A DNA stretch of 58,278 nt, filler included, from Basidiobolus ranarum (lineage: Eukaryota): the NCBI GenBank assembly GCA_040143965.1. It is 9 parts of 9 records of this genome, joined end to end, with 100 filler letters (N's around TTAATTAATTAA, not from the genome) between each part and the next. Parts side by side here need not be neighbours in the genome. Positions count along the whole stretch, not along the records: positions 1 to 6,397 come from JASJQH010008200.1; positions 6,498 to 12,891 come from JASJQH010008201.1; 7 more parts are not named here. One strand, written 5' to 3'. The notes under the pieces were generated by a model. The model had not been told where the DNA came from. It saw only the letters and a list, made by a program, of their open reading frames with translations, and did not search any database. Both the position numbers and the translations under genes were made by a program. Shown here one piece after another: positions 1 to 11,210 of this stretch. Position 1 is the stretch's first letter. The number at the start of each line of letters is the position of its first letter.

Positions 1-158
1 TCCTGAATATCTCAAACAATTGATTTACTTTTCTACTATATAAGTCACCATATACTCTTAAGAATAAACTAACTAAAACACACTATCATAAGTTGCTTCT
101 AATACTCAAAGCCTAACCCCATTATGTCAAGATCCTCCAACACTATTGAAGCATTTCA

Positions 159-386
159 ATTGGGAAAATAAGGGCTGTTTGGAGGTACTTTTGAAATGTG
201 GAGTCATGCTTAGCTTTGTGAGATAACTATTTATTGTCCAGAAATAAAGCATTTATACATTTTGATGAAAGTACAGAAAACTAACACTGGGGTTGTGTTC
301 AGAACATCTGTGGGAGTAAAATGAGCTATATTTGGGGCAATTTGAATGAGTTTGAAATTGCAAATATGGAATCTCTAATTCTCACA
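159..386 (+). repeat. Dispersed repeat family C (~228 bp, possible solo LTR), copy 1
   Basis: Aligns by eye over ~220 bp with 51293..51515, e.g. shared TTTATTGTCCAGAAATAAAGCATTTATACATTTTGATG and CACTGGGGTTGTGTTCAGAACATCTGTGGGAGTAAA. This copy ends in ...CTCACA. Confidence 0.75.
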
Positions 387-389
387 TTA

Positions 390-535
390 TTCACATTTAT
401 ATATAATATATATTTCAATTTTCAGTTAGGTGATATTTGACTAAGTAATGTTACCTAACTTATATGGGATATATGATATAGTTAGGTGTATAAAGATAGA
501 CATAACAAATACGATAAAGACAATAAATTTCAACA
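390..535 (-). repeat. LTR-like repeat family D fragment that truncates the copia gag
   Basis: Starts TGTTGAAATTTATTG on the minus strand at 535 and is homologous to ~50865..51030 (+). The gag homology of the 441..1166 ORF stops at this junction. Confidence 0.55.
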
Positions 536-1166
536 TTTCCTTCATTCTTTGGTTGGAACCTGCTTTGTGTAAATCTTCATCCAGAAGTCTGCCAAATACA
601 TAATTTAAGGTCAAATTTTCAGTTCTTGATTCTAGGGCCATTACCAGGCTCTGAAATGTGTGTGGCAGGCTATTCAGGACTGCAACTATGATATCTTGAT
701 CAGTAGTAGGTACTCCAATGTTTTCCATTTCATCCACTAAAATAGTGACTCTGTTAATTAGTGATTGAATGTCTTCTCCTGGCTTCATCTTTAAGTTTAA
801 GAATTGTCTTCTTAGAAGCATCTTGTTGGCAGCAGAACTTGTTTGGTAGGTGTCTTCCAAAGCTTTCTGTACCTTCTTGGTGGTTTTAGTTCTTGAACAT
901 TGAATTAGCAATTTGTCTTTAACATTAAGACAAATTGTGTTAAAGGCACTTTGTTCTTTTTTAACCTGGAGTAAAACTTTGGTGTCAGATAGTTTTGCAT
1001 TGTTTTCTTCTCTCACAACCATGTCCCAAAGTCCTTTTTCTTGCAGCAGCATTTTCATTTTAATTTTCCAAACTTGATAATTGGTTCCATCCAATTTTTC
1101 AGAAGAAGGAAAAGTTCCATAAATTTGAGAAGTAGACATTGCAGAGAGTGCAAGCTTGGGGCTCAT
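536..1166 (-). mobile_element. Ty1/copia family A gag (UBN2-type), 3'-truncated, reading frame still open
   Basis: EKLDGTNYQVWKIKMKMLL..KGLWD, LRRQFLNLKM and LNSLP..FQSLVMALE are typical copia Gag motifs. It lies directly downstream of an LTR and PBS. The last ~30 aa of the ORF are read-through into repeat D. Confidence 0.9.
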
Positions 1167-1170
1167 AACC
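1159..1170 (-). promoter_or_regulatory. Primer-binding site GGTTATGAGCCC, complementary to the initiator tRNA-Met anticodon arm (half-tRNA priming)
   Basis: Directly abuts the LTR end (...TTTAACA|GGTTATGAGCCC). The plus strand reads GGGCTCATAACC, the anticodon stem-loop of fungal tRNAi-Met, as in the Ty5/copia PBS. Confidence 0.85.
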
Positions 1171-1517
1171 TGTTAAAGTATATGAGAGCCTGTTGGAAGT
1201 GGTTTGGAGAATTAGTGGAATTGGAAGTTTTCACTTATTGATTTGTTGAGTAGAAAGTTGACATTAATAGTTTTGTCAAGATGTAAGCAAACCAAATGGT
1301 GAATGTGTTAAAGAAGGTCCCAGGAACATGTGTGCAAAGTTTGGGGCTTCTAGCACAAGTTTGAAAAATCTATATATCTGCAAACTTCTAAGTAGGTAAA
1401 AGTATTCTAAGTAAATTCCAATTGAGAATAATGGATAACATCTTAGTGAATTATAAGATAACTAAGTACTAAGCTATATATGGCTATATAGGTGTTTAGG
1501 CAATGCTAATTGCAACA
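1171..1517 (-). mobile_element. 5' LTR of copia family A (347 bp)
   Basis: TGTTGCAATTAGCATTG...TACTTTAACA termini on the minus strand; similar along its length to 2467..2814. Confidence 0.9.
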
Positions 1518-1659
1518 GTGGGATGGTGCCATATTGTTCCTTATAGTGCCTGATTGAGTGTTATAGGACCCAGCCATGGTACCTGACAGACTGCACCAGA
1601 TAGTGTGTTAGAAGGCTGGATTAAGCAGCACAATCTGACCTGGTCTGATGGAACAAGTC

Positions 1660-2466
1660 TACAAAAGAAATTTAAAATGGAAGAATACAATCCAGTGTCT
1701 ATCCCAATGGAGACAAATATTAACTAGACCAAAAAGGGCTAAAATCATATGTTTTTGCATTGAAATGAAATCTAGAAACTTCCTTATTAATCTATGGTTG
1801 GTAGTTTGATGTATATCATGGTTGGAACATGGCCTGATATTGCATATTATGTGGGAGTTATGTGCCAATATCTTCAGAATTATGGAACTGATCAAATCAT
1901 AGCAGTTGAGCAGATTTTCAGATATTTGAAAGGCACTGTGGATCTGTGCTTGAAGTACACATATTCTGGATCAAACTTTGATATGATGGGATATTCAGAT
2001 GTAAATTGGGGAAGAGATATTGAAAACAGGAGATCTACAATAGGACACTTATTTTTTTGCTCTAATGGAGCTATTTCTTGAAATTCAAAGAAACAACCTA
2101 CCATAGCACTTTCAACAATAGTGCAAAGTACATGGCTGCCTGTGAAGTAACAAAAGAAGTAATATGGTTAAGAAAACTCTTAACAGATTTGTGTTATTCT
2201 CAAAAATTGCCAACTACAATATTTCAAGATAATCAAAGTTGTATCAAATTAGCTAGAAATCCCATATTTCATAATAGAAGCAAACATATTGATATTAAGC
2301 ATCACTTCATTAGAGAGACTATAGAGAATAAGTTTATTGACTTAACTTATTGTTCTACAGAAGACATGATTGCTGATATATTAACCAAACCATTAGCTAG
2401 ACAGAAATTTGAGAAATTTAGACCTTTTCTAGGATTAGTTTATATGACTATTTAGTTAAGGGAGAG
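1660..2466 (+). mobile_element. Copia family A RT C-terminus/RNase H (frameshifted) plus polypurine tract
   Basis: VGSLMYIM..T.PDIAY.VG, GYSD..WG.D...RRSTIG, RSKHIDIKHHFIRE and MIADILTKPL motifs, split over two frames. PPT AAGGGAGAG immediately precedes the LTR. Confidence 0.92.
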
Positions 2467-2814
2467 TGTTGAAATTAGCATTGCCTAAGCACCTATATAG
2501 TCATATATGGCTTAGTGCTTAGTTATCTTATAATTCACTAAGATATTATCCATTATTCTCAATTGGAATTTACTTGGAATATTTTTCCAACTTAGAAGTT
2601 CTCAGATATATAGAGATTTTCACATCTGTGCTAGAAGCCCCAAACTTTGCACATATGTTCCTGGGACCTTCCTTGACACATTCTACATATTGGTTTGTTT
2701 ACATCTTGACAAAACTATTAATGTCAATTTTCAACAAAATAAATCAATAAGTGCAAACCACCAATTTCTCTAATTCACCAAACCACTTCCAACAGGCTCC
2801 CAAATACTTCAACA
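2467..2814 (+). mobile_element. 3' LTR of copia family A (348 bp)
   Basis: TGTTGAAATTAGC...TACTTCAACA, directly after the PPT. Confidence 0.92.
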
Positions 2815-2997
2815 ATTTCAACCTCTGCCCTAAGACTTGCAACGGAAAGATACTTACTATATTGAAAGCCATATAACCCTCATTTTAGAACATGCTTCAC
2901 AAATAGGATATGCCAATAATAATAAATATGGTGCTCTTTAGTGTTTACTACGAAATGATAGTTCATCTTCAATGAGAAAAATATGACAATTTCCCTT

Positions 2998-4344
2998 TCA
3001 AACTAAAATCTCGAAATACTTCAAGAACTCTTCATCCTGACGTAGCAGTTCATGCTCCTCAACTGTTAAGTGTATAAGAACCTCAAAGACCCTTGTTGCT
3101 CCCTTCGAGAAATTTGGCAAAAGCACTGCGCATGCACCCATCATAGCTGAACTCAGCCGAAATGCCACAGGAACTAAAGCACCCCCAATCTCATACTGTT
3201 CTGCGCTTCCTGAGTACCATGAATTCATGAACATGTCCATTTCAGTGAAATCCGCGTGCAAACTTAGCATCTCTGTTGAAGACAGCGATGCCGTTAGTGC
3301 AGTCATGGCTTTGATTGAGGACAGGCTAATAAAGTTTACTGATTGACGAATTAGGGTAGCTGCAGCTGCGAGACCTCGATCTCCGTCCGACACTAGGGTT
3401 TGGGCAGTTAGAGGGCCTGCTTGTGTTCCAATTACAGCATTACCAAAGTATTTCTCCGAGGTTTCGTTCTCCGGGTCTCGGCTGCGGACATCGATTGGGT
3501 GAACGAAGCGAGATTGTGAATTAGTTTTCTCTGGATGAAGATGGAGCCGGGCACGCGTGATTGACGTCCAGATAAGGGCAGATATGCAGTCGTATGAGGT
3601 TATGTAGTCAACCCCACTCAGGTACGGAGCACATTGTGCTTTGAGTTGTTGGATAGTTGACTCGGAGATCTTATAGATACCTGAGACCGAAGGTGGTGGT
3701 GGCTTCATTTTGAATTGACTCTTCTCGATAACATTGAATAATGGGAGCCTGTCTAGAAAGTCTTGTCTTGAAATGCTTGGATCAATCGCTGGAGTATTGT
3801 ATGGAGATCTGTTGAGATCTGGGGTATATGTGGGCATCTTGCTGCATTCCTGGTGTGCCTTACTACTCTGACAGATCAGAGAGAGGAATCTGTCAATAGA
3901 TGACCAGTCTCCAACCGCGTGATTTATTCTGAGTCCTAGAATAAGGCCGCCCTCAATGAGACTTAATTGCAGAGCGCAGGCCTGCTTCTTATCTGCTGGC
4001 TCTTCAGGCAAAAGTAGCGTGGGGTCCAGATCTTTAGGTGAGAAGGAGTTCTTAGCCAAAGTAGAGAGAGACTTGTGTTGCGTGGACCCAAATCGGCGGA
4101 CAGTAATATCCAGCTTGCTTTCTTGGGGTGTCATGATATAGAGCTTGCCAGAGTCATCGACTTGAATGTCCCCTGCCAAGAAGGGTAATTGGCGCGTTGC
4201 GTTTCGCACCCCTTCCGTCAGGGAGGAAATCAACTTATCTACATCACTGGTGGGCTGCAGCTCATAAAATATGAAAGCTTTCACAATCTTAGAGAGTCCA
4301 CCTTTGTCTATATCAGACAGTTCATATCTGTTGATTTTATCCAT
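2998..4344 (-). CDS. CoA-dependent acyltransferase, BAHD/transferase family (trichothecene O-acetyltransferase-like), 448 aa, intronless
   Basis: Long ORF with first ATG at 4344 (MDKINRY); the track start is a TTG. Catalytic HXXXD as NHAVGD, plus QLPFLAG, LQLSLIEGGLIL, DVRSR and YFGNAV segments typical of fungal transferases. The DFGWG motif appears degenerate (YEIGG). Confidence 0.85.
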   Translation of the reverse strand: MDKINRYELSDIDKGGLSKIVKAFIFYELQPTSDVDKLISSLTEGVRNATRQLPFLAGDIQVDDSGKLYIMTPQESKLDITVRRFGSTQHKSLSTLAKNSFSPKDLDPTLLLPEEPADKKQACALQLSLIEGGLILGLRINHAVGDWSSIDRFLSLICQSSKAHQECSKMPTYTPDLNRSPYNTPAIDPSISRQDFLDRLPLFNVIEKSQFKMKPPPPSVSGIYKISESTIQQLKAQCAPYLSGVDYITSYDCISALIWTSITRARLHLHPEKTNSQSRFVHPIDVRSRDPENETSEKYFGNAVIGTQAGPLTAQTLVSDGDRGLAAAATLIRQSVNFISLSSIKAMTALTASLSSTEMLSLHADFTEMDMFMNSWYSGSAEQYEIGGALVPVAFRLSSAMMGACAVLLPNFSKGATRVFEVLIHLTVEEHELLRQDEEFLKYFEILV

Positions 4345-5594
4345 GTCTCTGGTTTCTCGTAAATTATACTTCAAATAGTGGAGGGTATAAGCTAAGGTCT
4401 TACCAGTCTTATAGAAGTATATCTGGAAAAGTAGTCGCTTGGTTTGAAGTTGGACTTCAAAAATTTAAGTGATTCGGGTTGTTATCAATTGATCAATTGG
4501 ATTTGTAGTGTGAAGTAGTCTATATCCAGATGGGTATGCATATATTTATATCCTAGCGTGTACATTAATAAACTCGAATCGTCATCACTGGCTATATACT
4601 TGTGATACCTCGTCGCTCGTCGTACTAGTATTACCAAATTAGGTGCTCGACCTGCTATGATGCTTGCCATGGGTGTCGAGCACGTGACAGTGCCCCGCAG
4701 CATATTGACTGTATGGTAAGGCCAGTCAGTGGATTTTTGATCCAGCAGTTGAATGCTCTCATCAAGAGCCTTTACTGTACATGTAACGCTTCCCTATACA
4801 GCGGCAGGGATCGCCTGAATGTGGCGCTAAAAGTACTAACTAGCAAGAAGATGGTCAGTAAGTTCCCCTTGATGAGGCTGCGTACGCCACGATCTAGTCG
4901 TCTAGGGAGTTTTTTAAAGGAAAAATAGACCACAACGCTACAAAAAGTCAGAATAAAAAAGAACAACCCTCTCTTATATAATCAGGTTAGATTTGTCACA
5001 GCGACCTCCATATCAGTCAAGCATGTCCGATAGCCCTGGGCCAGGATAATTCTCGAGGTTTCGATCGCCGTCGCAACTCCCAAGATAACTCTTAATATGT
5101 TTTGTTCCTCGAGTCCATCGACATATTCATCAAGTCAAGTGCATTCTTTGTTGAATCCATTTTAAAATCATCTTTAGTAGCTTTCAAGTTCGTTCATGAT
5201 CACGCTCAACTGCGGGATCCAAGCTGAGGTTTCTTGCCATATACGCTAGCAAAGCCCTCCGCGATCTGGTAAATTATTCACCGATCACTGAGGACTATAT
5301 TCTGTGAGCAGACACTGGGTCAGCAAGACTTGGTTTATTTCTTTTGTTTGTATGTTATTGACTCACAATGCTGAATGTCTGTGATATTTTGATCTTTCCC
5401 CACCGTAGCCACATACTGAGCAGCAGTCTCACAAATCGAATAATCACGATAACAAGGATCATATTTGACCTATTTAGGCCAGGAGCAACTATTGTCACCT
5501 CAACTTCAGAAACAAATGAAATCCATTATATGTATCTACTAAAGCTATGTAAACCTTTGCAGCCCATATTGATGGAGTGTGCGGTGTTTGAAAC

Positions 5595-6397
5595 TATATT
5601 TCAGCCCCAAACTTTACACACATGCTCCTGGGACCTTCCTTAACATATTCTACACATTTGTTTGTTTACATCTTGACAAAGCTATATATGTCAGCTGAAT
5701 ACTCAATAAATCAATAAGTGAAAGCCACATACTATTCTAGCTCTCCAACAAACTTCCAAATGATTTCCTTACTCTGGCAAAATGGGTATAGCCAATTATC
5801 ATATTTGGAAAATAGAGATGAAAATGCTGTAGAAGGAAGAAGGACTGTTGGAAATTGATATAGGTGAAGAAAACAATATAATGCTGTCAAAGCCAAAGTA
5901 TTACCCTGGATCAAAAAACAATAAGGTGCTTAAAATATAGTTTGCCTTAATGGTAAAGATAAATTGCCAATTGATGTTCAAAAGCCAAAATTACCAAGAA
6001 GGCTTGGAAAACCTTGGAAGACACTTACCAAGCTTGTTCTGCTGCTAACAAGAGGTATCTGCAAAGACAATTCCATTACTTCAAATGAACCCAGGAGAAG
6101 ACATACACTTCATACTTACTTGATTCACCCTCTTAGTGGAGGAAATAGAATATATATGTAAACCTGCTACTAATCAAGTTGTTGCAGTCAAATTCCCAAA
6201 TATTAGGCCAGACTAGTTGTAGAGCCTAGCCATTGCATTAGATTTGCTAACAGAAAAGCAGATTCTACATGTTTGTTTGCATATCTCTGGATAGAACTAC
6301 AAATATTAACTTTCCACTCAGCAAGTTGATAAGTAAAAGCCACCAATTCTTCTAGTTATGCAAACCACTTCCAACAAACCCCCAAAAACTCAAACAG
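5595..6397 (+). mobile_element. Heavily decayed, internally deleted copia family A element (LTR part, gag remnants, LTR end)
   Basis: GCCCCAAACTTTACACACATGCTCCTGGGACCTTCCTTAACA LTR segment, gag-like remnants (GGAAGACACTTACC..GCTGCTAACAAGA), then an LTR 3' end CCACTTCCAACA..CAAACA at the contig end. Confidence 0.7.
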
Positions 6398-6497
6398 NNN
6401 NNNNNNNNNNNNNNNNNNNNNNNNNNNNNNNNNNNNNNNNNTTAATTAATTAANNNNNNNNNNNNNNNNNNNNNNNNNNNNNNNNNNNNNNNNNNNN
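6398..6497. other. Artificial contig linker N44-TTAATTAATTAA-N44 (also at 12892-12991, 19381-19480, 25868-25967, 32354-32453, 38839-38938, 45323-45422, 51803-51902)
   Basis: Eight identical 100-bp spacers with a palindromic six-frame stop cassette; the contigs between them decrease monotonically in length. Confidence 0.98.
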
Positions 6498-6626
6498 AAA
6501 GATTATTTTGAGCATTTATGCATTGATGTTATCAAAATCTAACACTCTAATTTTTTCCTGAAAACAAATCACTTGTCAATACCGGCTATTTTAAATTCAT
6601 TCACACTAACACGATTCAATCCATAG

Positions 6627-6776
6627 GTCAAGGCTTACCTCGCTGATCCTTCTGCTTTCGCTGTTGCTGCCCCAGCTGCTGCTGCTTCTGGTAATGATGC
6701 CCCTGCTGCCGCCGAGAAGGCTGAGGAAGCTGCTGAGGAGTCTGACGATGACATGGGTTTCGGTCTTTTCGATTAA
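6627..6776 (+). CDS. RPP0: 60S acidic ribosomal protein P0, last exon (5' part missing from contig)
   Basis: After a CTAAC branch point and CATAG acceptor it reads [49 protein letters not shown]. The P-protein C-terminus is preceded by the P0-type YLADPSAF segment. Not in the ORF track. Confidence 0.9.
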   Translation, partial: VKAYLADPSAFAVAAPAAAASGNDAPAAAEKAEEAAEESDDDMGFGLFD

Positions 6777-7251
6777 ACGAAACAACATTGCTATTAACTC
6801 TTTAATAAAGGCATCTGCTAAAGCAATTTACATTTGCTAGTACATTTACAAACATGCATTCAATTTTACAGTCCGTGCTGTTATAGTTTAATTTTCGCAT
6901 TTTATAGTATCCTATAATTTTTGCAATTTTTTTTTCTAGAACATTTACGCAAATCAATTGCCTCCAAATAACTCACAAATTGTAAGATCTTAAACGTGTT
7001 TATTCAATTTATCATGACTGGGAATTATTTGATTTATCCAATCAACTTTTGACAACGGCCTTGTCACTGGTTTTTATTTGGTTAGCAGTCTTCCACACGA
7101 GCTTGAATTTGAGGCTTAGCAATGTATATAAGTTGCTTAATGTACACTTTGGATAGCTTGTACTTATCTTCTTTTAAGCTAAAGTTTTACTATCTTTTTT
7201 TTTCGCTGATCAAACGTAGTGATACATAGTTATATTTGTACTAAGTAGAGG

Positions 7252-9283
7252 ATGCTTCAGCTTCGGCTTTCTACACTTTTAATACCCTTTTTCTTTATCC
7301 TCTCGTTTTTCCTGGTTCAATGTGCTGAAAGTGACATCAAAGAGGATTATGGAACAGGTAATTCACAAAGATCTATTTCTTTTAACACTATTAACATATA
7401 CCCCGATTTTGGTAGTTATTGGAATCGATCTCGGCACCACATACTCTTGCGTCGGTGTATATAAAAACGGGCATGTTGAAATCATCGCTAACGATCAAGG
7501 TCACCGTATTACCCCTTCATACGTTGCTTTCACAGATGAAGAACGTTTGATTGGTGATGCAGCTAAGAATCAAGCTCCTTCCAATCCTACCAACACTATA
7601 TTCGATGCAAAACGTTTGATTGGCCGTCGCTTTAACGAGAAAGAAGTTCAAGAGGATCTAAAGCACTTTCCATTTGAAGTGGTTGATAATGAAGGCAAAC
7701 CCAATATTAAGATTAGAGTTAAAGGTGAGAGTAAAATCTTCACTCCCGAGGAGGTTTCCAGTATGATTTTAGGTAAAATGAGAGATACCGCCGAGGCTTA
7801 TTTGGGAAAAAAGGTCACCCATGCTGTAGTCACAGTGCCAGCCTATTTCAATGATGCTCAACGCCAAGCTACCAAAGATGCCGGTGTAATTGCCGGTCTT
7901 ACCGTATTACGTATTATAAGTGAGCCTACTGCCGCTGCCATTGCCTATGGGTTAGACAAATCCGAGGGAGAACATCATATTCTAGTGTTTGATTTGGGTG
8001 GAGGAACCTTCGATGTCTCTCTCCTCTCTATTGATGATGGCGTATTTGAAGTATTGGCCACCTCCGGTGATACTCATCTTGGAGGCGAAGATTTCGATAA
8101 TCGAGTTATCGATTTCCTTGTCAAGCAATATAAGAAAAAAACCAAGAAAGACGTTACAAAGGATTTAAAGGCCATGGGCAAATTAAAGCGAGAAGTTGAA
8201 AAGGCAAAACGTACATTATCCTCTCAAATGTCAGTACGGGTTGAGATTGAATCATTCTTTGACGGAGAGGATTTCTCCGAAACTTTGACCCGTGCGAAAT
8301 TTGAGGAATTAAATAACGATCTTTTCAAAAAAACCATCAAACCAATCGAGCAGGTTCTTAAAGATTCTGGTCTATCTAAGTCTGATATTCATGATATTAT
8401 TTTGGTGGGCGGATCCACTCGTATCCCCAAGGTGGTGACTCTGTTGGAAGATTTTTTCAATGGTAAAAAAGCATCCAAAGGAATAAATCCTGACGAGGCT
8501 GTTGCCTACGGAGCTGCTGTTCAAGGGGGAATTTTATCTGGTGACGAGGGTGTCGAGAGTTTGGTGGTATTGGATGTCAATCCACTCACCCTCGGCATAG
8601 AGACAACTGGCGGAGTAATGACTAAATTAATTCCCCGTAATACTGCCATACCTACCAAAAAATCCCAAATTTTTTCTACCGCTGTTGATAATCAACCTAC
8701 TGTCTTGATTCAAGTATATGAAGGAGAGAGACCCTTGACCAAAGATAACAATCTTCTTGGAAAGTTCGAACTTACTGGAATTCCACCTGCCCCTCGTGGA
8801 GTTCCTCAGATTGAAGTCAGTTTTGAGTTTGATGTGAATGGTATCCTTAAGGTCTCTGCTGCCGATAAAGCCACTGGAAAATCAGAATCGATCACTCTTA
8901 CTAACGACAAGGAGAGACTATCGGAAGAGGAGATCGAGCGAATGGTACGTGAGGCAGAGGAATTTGCCGATGAGGATAAAGCGTTGAAGGATCGCATTGA
9001 GGCTAAGAATGGCTTTGAGAATTTATTGTACACATTAAAGAATCAGGTTGGTGATGAATCCCAATTGGGAGGAAAGCTTTCTGAGGAGGACAAGAGCAAA
9101 ATCCTAGATACAATTAAGATCAAGATTGATTGGTTGGAAGAGCATGCTTCCTCAGCCACCAAAGAGGATATAGACAAGCAAAAAGCTGAACTAGAAGCTG
9201 TTGTCAATCCTATCACAAGTAAACTTTACGGAGAAGCAGAGTCTGGTGCCTCAGAAGAGGTACCTGAACACGATGAACTGTAA
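7252..9283 (+). CDS. KAR2: ER Hsp70 chaperone BiP; exons 7252-7357 and 7416-9283
   Basis: Signal peptide [25 protein letters not shown]. The 58-nt GT..AG intron joins in frame to give [16 protein letters not shown]. Hsp70 signatures [14 protein letters not shown] and [13 protein letters not shown]-terminal HDEL. Confidence 0.97.
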
Positions 9284-9936
9284 TCTTTTAATATTGTCAG
9301 GTTGAGGAATGGTTGCTTCACGTGCGCAAGATAAAACCCAAAGTGCGTTACCTTCCGCTGCATAAATTTACTATGTATCGTTATTTTGTTAAAGTCGAAT
9401 AAACATAATGACCTTCGCTGAAATATCGTGGGCTGTTCCCGCTGTCCTCGTTACGCTATATATATGTATACATGCGTATATGTAAATAAACACCATCGAT
9501 CGAATGATGTTTACTGAGCGATGGGATTTCGCCTCATCTCAATCTATCGAGCCTATGTTCACATGGTTTCGGTTGACGGATCAGGAAAGATGTCAAACGT
9601 GACTCGATCCAGACAAATCCAAAAATGAAAACCATACGGAACTGCCCCATGCACATTTAATGGCATTACAGAAAAAGCAAGAGAATTTGTGTAAGACCAA
9701 TCAAGGATCTATGCCAATACATTTCTAGCATTTCCAAACGAAGCAAGTTACCAAAACCAACTAAATGTAGCTACAGCTTTTAGCTTCTGAGCGATAGATG
9801 TTTCATCCTTTATTGGCGCCGATGAGCTTCGATTGCATTTATGTTACGATGTGTAATTTTATCCAGTCACGTTGACCTATTATTCTCCTTAAATTTGTTA
9901 GGTTCCCTCAATTCCTTTTTTTAACTACTACATCTC

Positions 9937-10749
9937 ATGCAATCGTTGTCAACACTTTGTCAAGAAATCTTGGATATTGTCTGTCAAAACCTTTCAATTC
10001 CTGATATCATTCATCTCGCCCTTACATGTAAACACCTTCAGTTCGTTATATCTAGAAGTAACTGCTGGAAAAAAGTTAACTTAAACATCCCCCACTTTAG
10101 AGTGAGCGATGCGAATAACCCCGATCGACGGTTTGATGAGATTGAGGCCAAGATTATTCAAGCCTTCCAATCTGGGTTATTATCTAATTCTGCCTTCCAG
10201 ATTTGCCAACTCACTTTTAACAATACTGAAGTCACCACCAATTGTCTTGAAATCATTTTCAAAACTTGTCCACAGTTAAGTAAACTCTCAATACTTAATT
10301 GTAGCCGGATAGATATCATTGGGCTGGTATCTTTTTTTCAAAAATGTCTACACAGGAGTCACTCCTATTTTAGTGCCTTTCAAACTTTACAGTTCTTTGG
10401 TCATCCTACGGAGATGGAGTTTAGAAGACACTACTCTGGGGTTGTATCTTGGTTATTACCAGCCTTACGGAATACTTTAGTACGGCTAACTTGCCAACCA
10501 CATTTTCATATCGACGTATTGGCCAAAGAGTATAAGAATTCCGCTCTCTACTGCAGTAATTGTGGAGAAGGCCGTTGTCTCGACTGCTCCTCAGAAAGTC
10601 ACATTCGCTCGATGTGGTGTGAAGCTTGTCAAAAATATGAGAATCTATGTACAGATTGTATCCCATTATATTGGACTACCTTTCGTTGCCTTAATGAAGC
10701 GAAAGTACTACCTTTCACCGAGCCATCGAAAAGTCTTAATTGCACGTAG
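9937..10749 (+). CDS. F-box protein with LRR-like repeats and a Cys-rich C-terminus
   Basis: N-terminal LSTLCQEILDIVCQNLSIPDIIHLALTCKHL..W F-box pattern, CPQLSKLSILNCSRID LRR and several CxxC motifs. A possible 45-nt intron at 10705-10749 (GTACTA..CTTAAT..TAG) would extend the protein to ~10848. Confidence 0.75.
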   Translation: MQSLSTLCQEILDIVCQNLSIPDIIHLALTCKHLQFVISRSNCWKKVNLNIPHFRVSDANNPDRRFDEIEAKIIQAFQSGLLSNSAFQICQLTFNNTEVTTNCLEIIFKTCPQLSKLSILNCSRIDIIGLVSFFQKCLHRSHSYFSAFQTLQFFGHPTEMEFRRHYSGVVSWLLPALRNTLVRLTCQPHFHIDVLAKEYKNSALYCSNCGEGRCLDCSSESHIRSMWCEACQKYENLCTDCIPLYWTTFRCLNEAKVLPFTEPSKSLNCT

Positions 10750-11137
10750 TTATTATCATTCCGCTCTCATACTCAAACCTGTATATTTCAAAGTTATCAG
10801 CACCATTTTACTCCTGAACCGTTGTCCGGCTTTCGCAGTTCCACATAGTCTAGAAATTCCTTTGTATTATAGCTACTCACTAATAATCCACCATTTTAAT
10901 ACTTAATCGCCGATAGATTTGAATGTTAATATATGATACGAACTTCTTTAATGTGACAGTTTTTCAGATCCAGCGGTACTGGTGCAACATTCAATCTTGT
11001 CCTGTAAACCATGGAAACACTATTCACTCGAATCATGATGATTAATTCATGAGATGCATTGAGCAGTCTGGGTGTCACCCATAGATAGTAATCACCTCCG
11101 CTATATGCGAGCCGATTGGGGCTTCAGTGACTAGGCA

Positions 11138-11210
11138 ACTAAGTGTGGTTCTGAACCCACAGGCCTAAAGCCTTGATTGTGGTGCCTTTATCAACTTTTA
11201 CAAACTTGGG
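11138..11210 (-). pseudogene. Possible degenerate tRNA-like relic (Leu/Ser-like) or SINE head
   Basis: Minus strand AAGTTGATAAAGGCACCACAATCAAGGCTTTAGGCCTGTGGGTTCAGAACCACACT resembles D-arm and T-arm boxes, but no clean cloverleaf is visible. Confidence 0.2.

Noticed and set aside
441..535. Hydrophobic C-terminal tail on gag as an env-like or domesticated membrane-anchored Gag
   Set aside because: The tail is read-through into an inserted AT-rich LTR-like repeat (family D) starting at 535, and it is absent from the other gag copy at ~36270.
6398..6497. Regularly spaced TTAATTAATTAA palindromes as a biological periodic element
   Set aside because: They are embedded in fixed-length N runs and are a six-frame stop linker added during assembly concatenation.
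7080..7140. UPR element in the BiP promoter (CCACACG near 7093)
   Set aside because: Too short and degenerate to support without knowing the lineage's Hac1 motif.
7322..7415. ORF-track N-terminus MLKVTSKR... of the Hsp70
   Set aside because: It runs through the intron from a non-ATG start; the spliced model from ATG 7252 gives a proper signal peptide.
8806..9033. Short antisense or overlapping ORFs (also 3956-4141, 47435-47653, 47766-48044, 54648-54893, 56861-57055, 58087-58272)
   Set aside because: Shadows of real genes on the opposite strand, with no recognisable motifs and mostly non-ATG starts.
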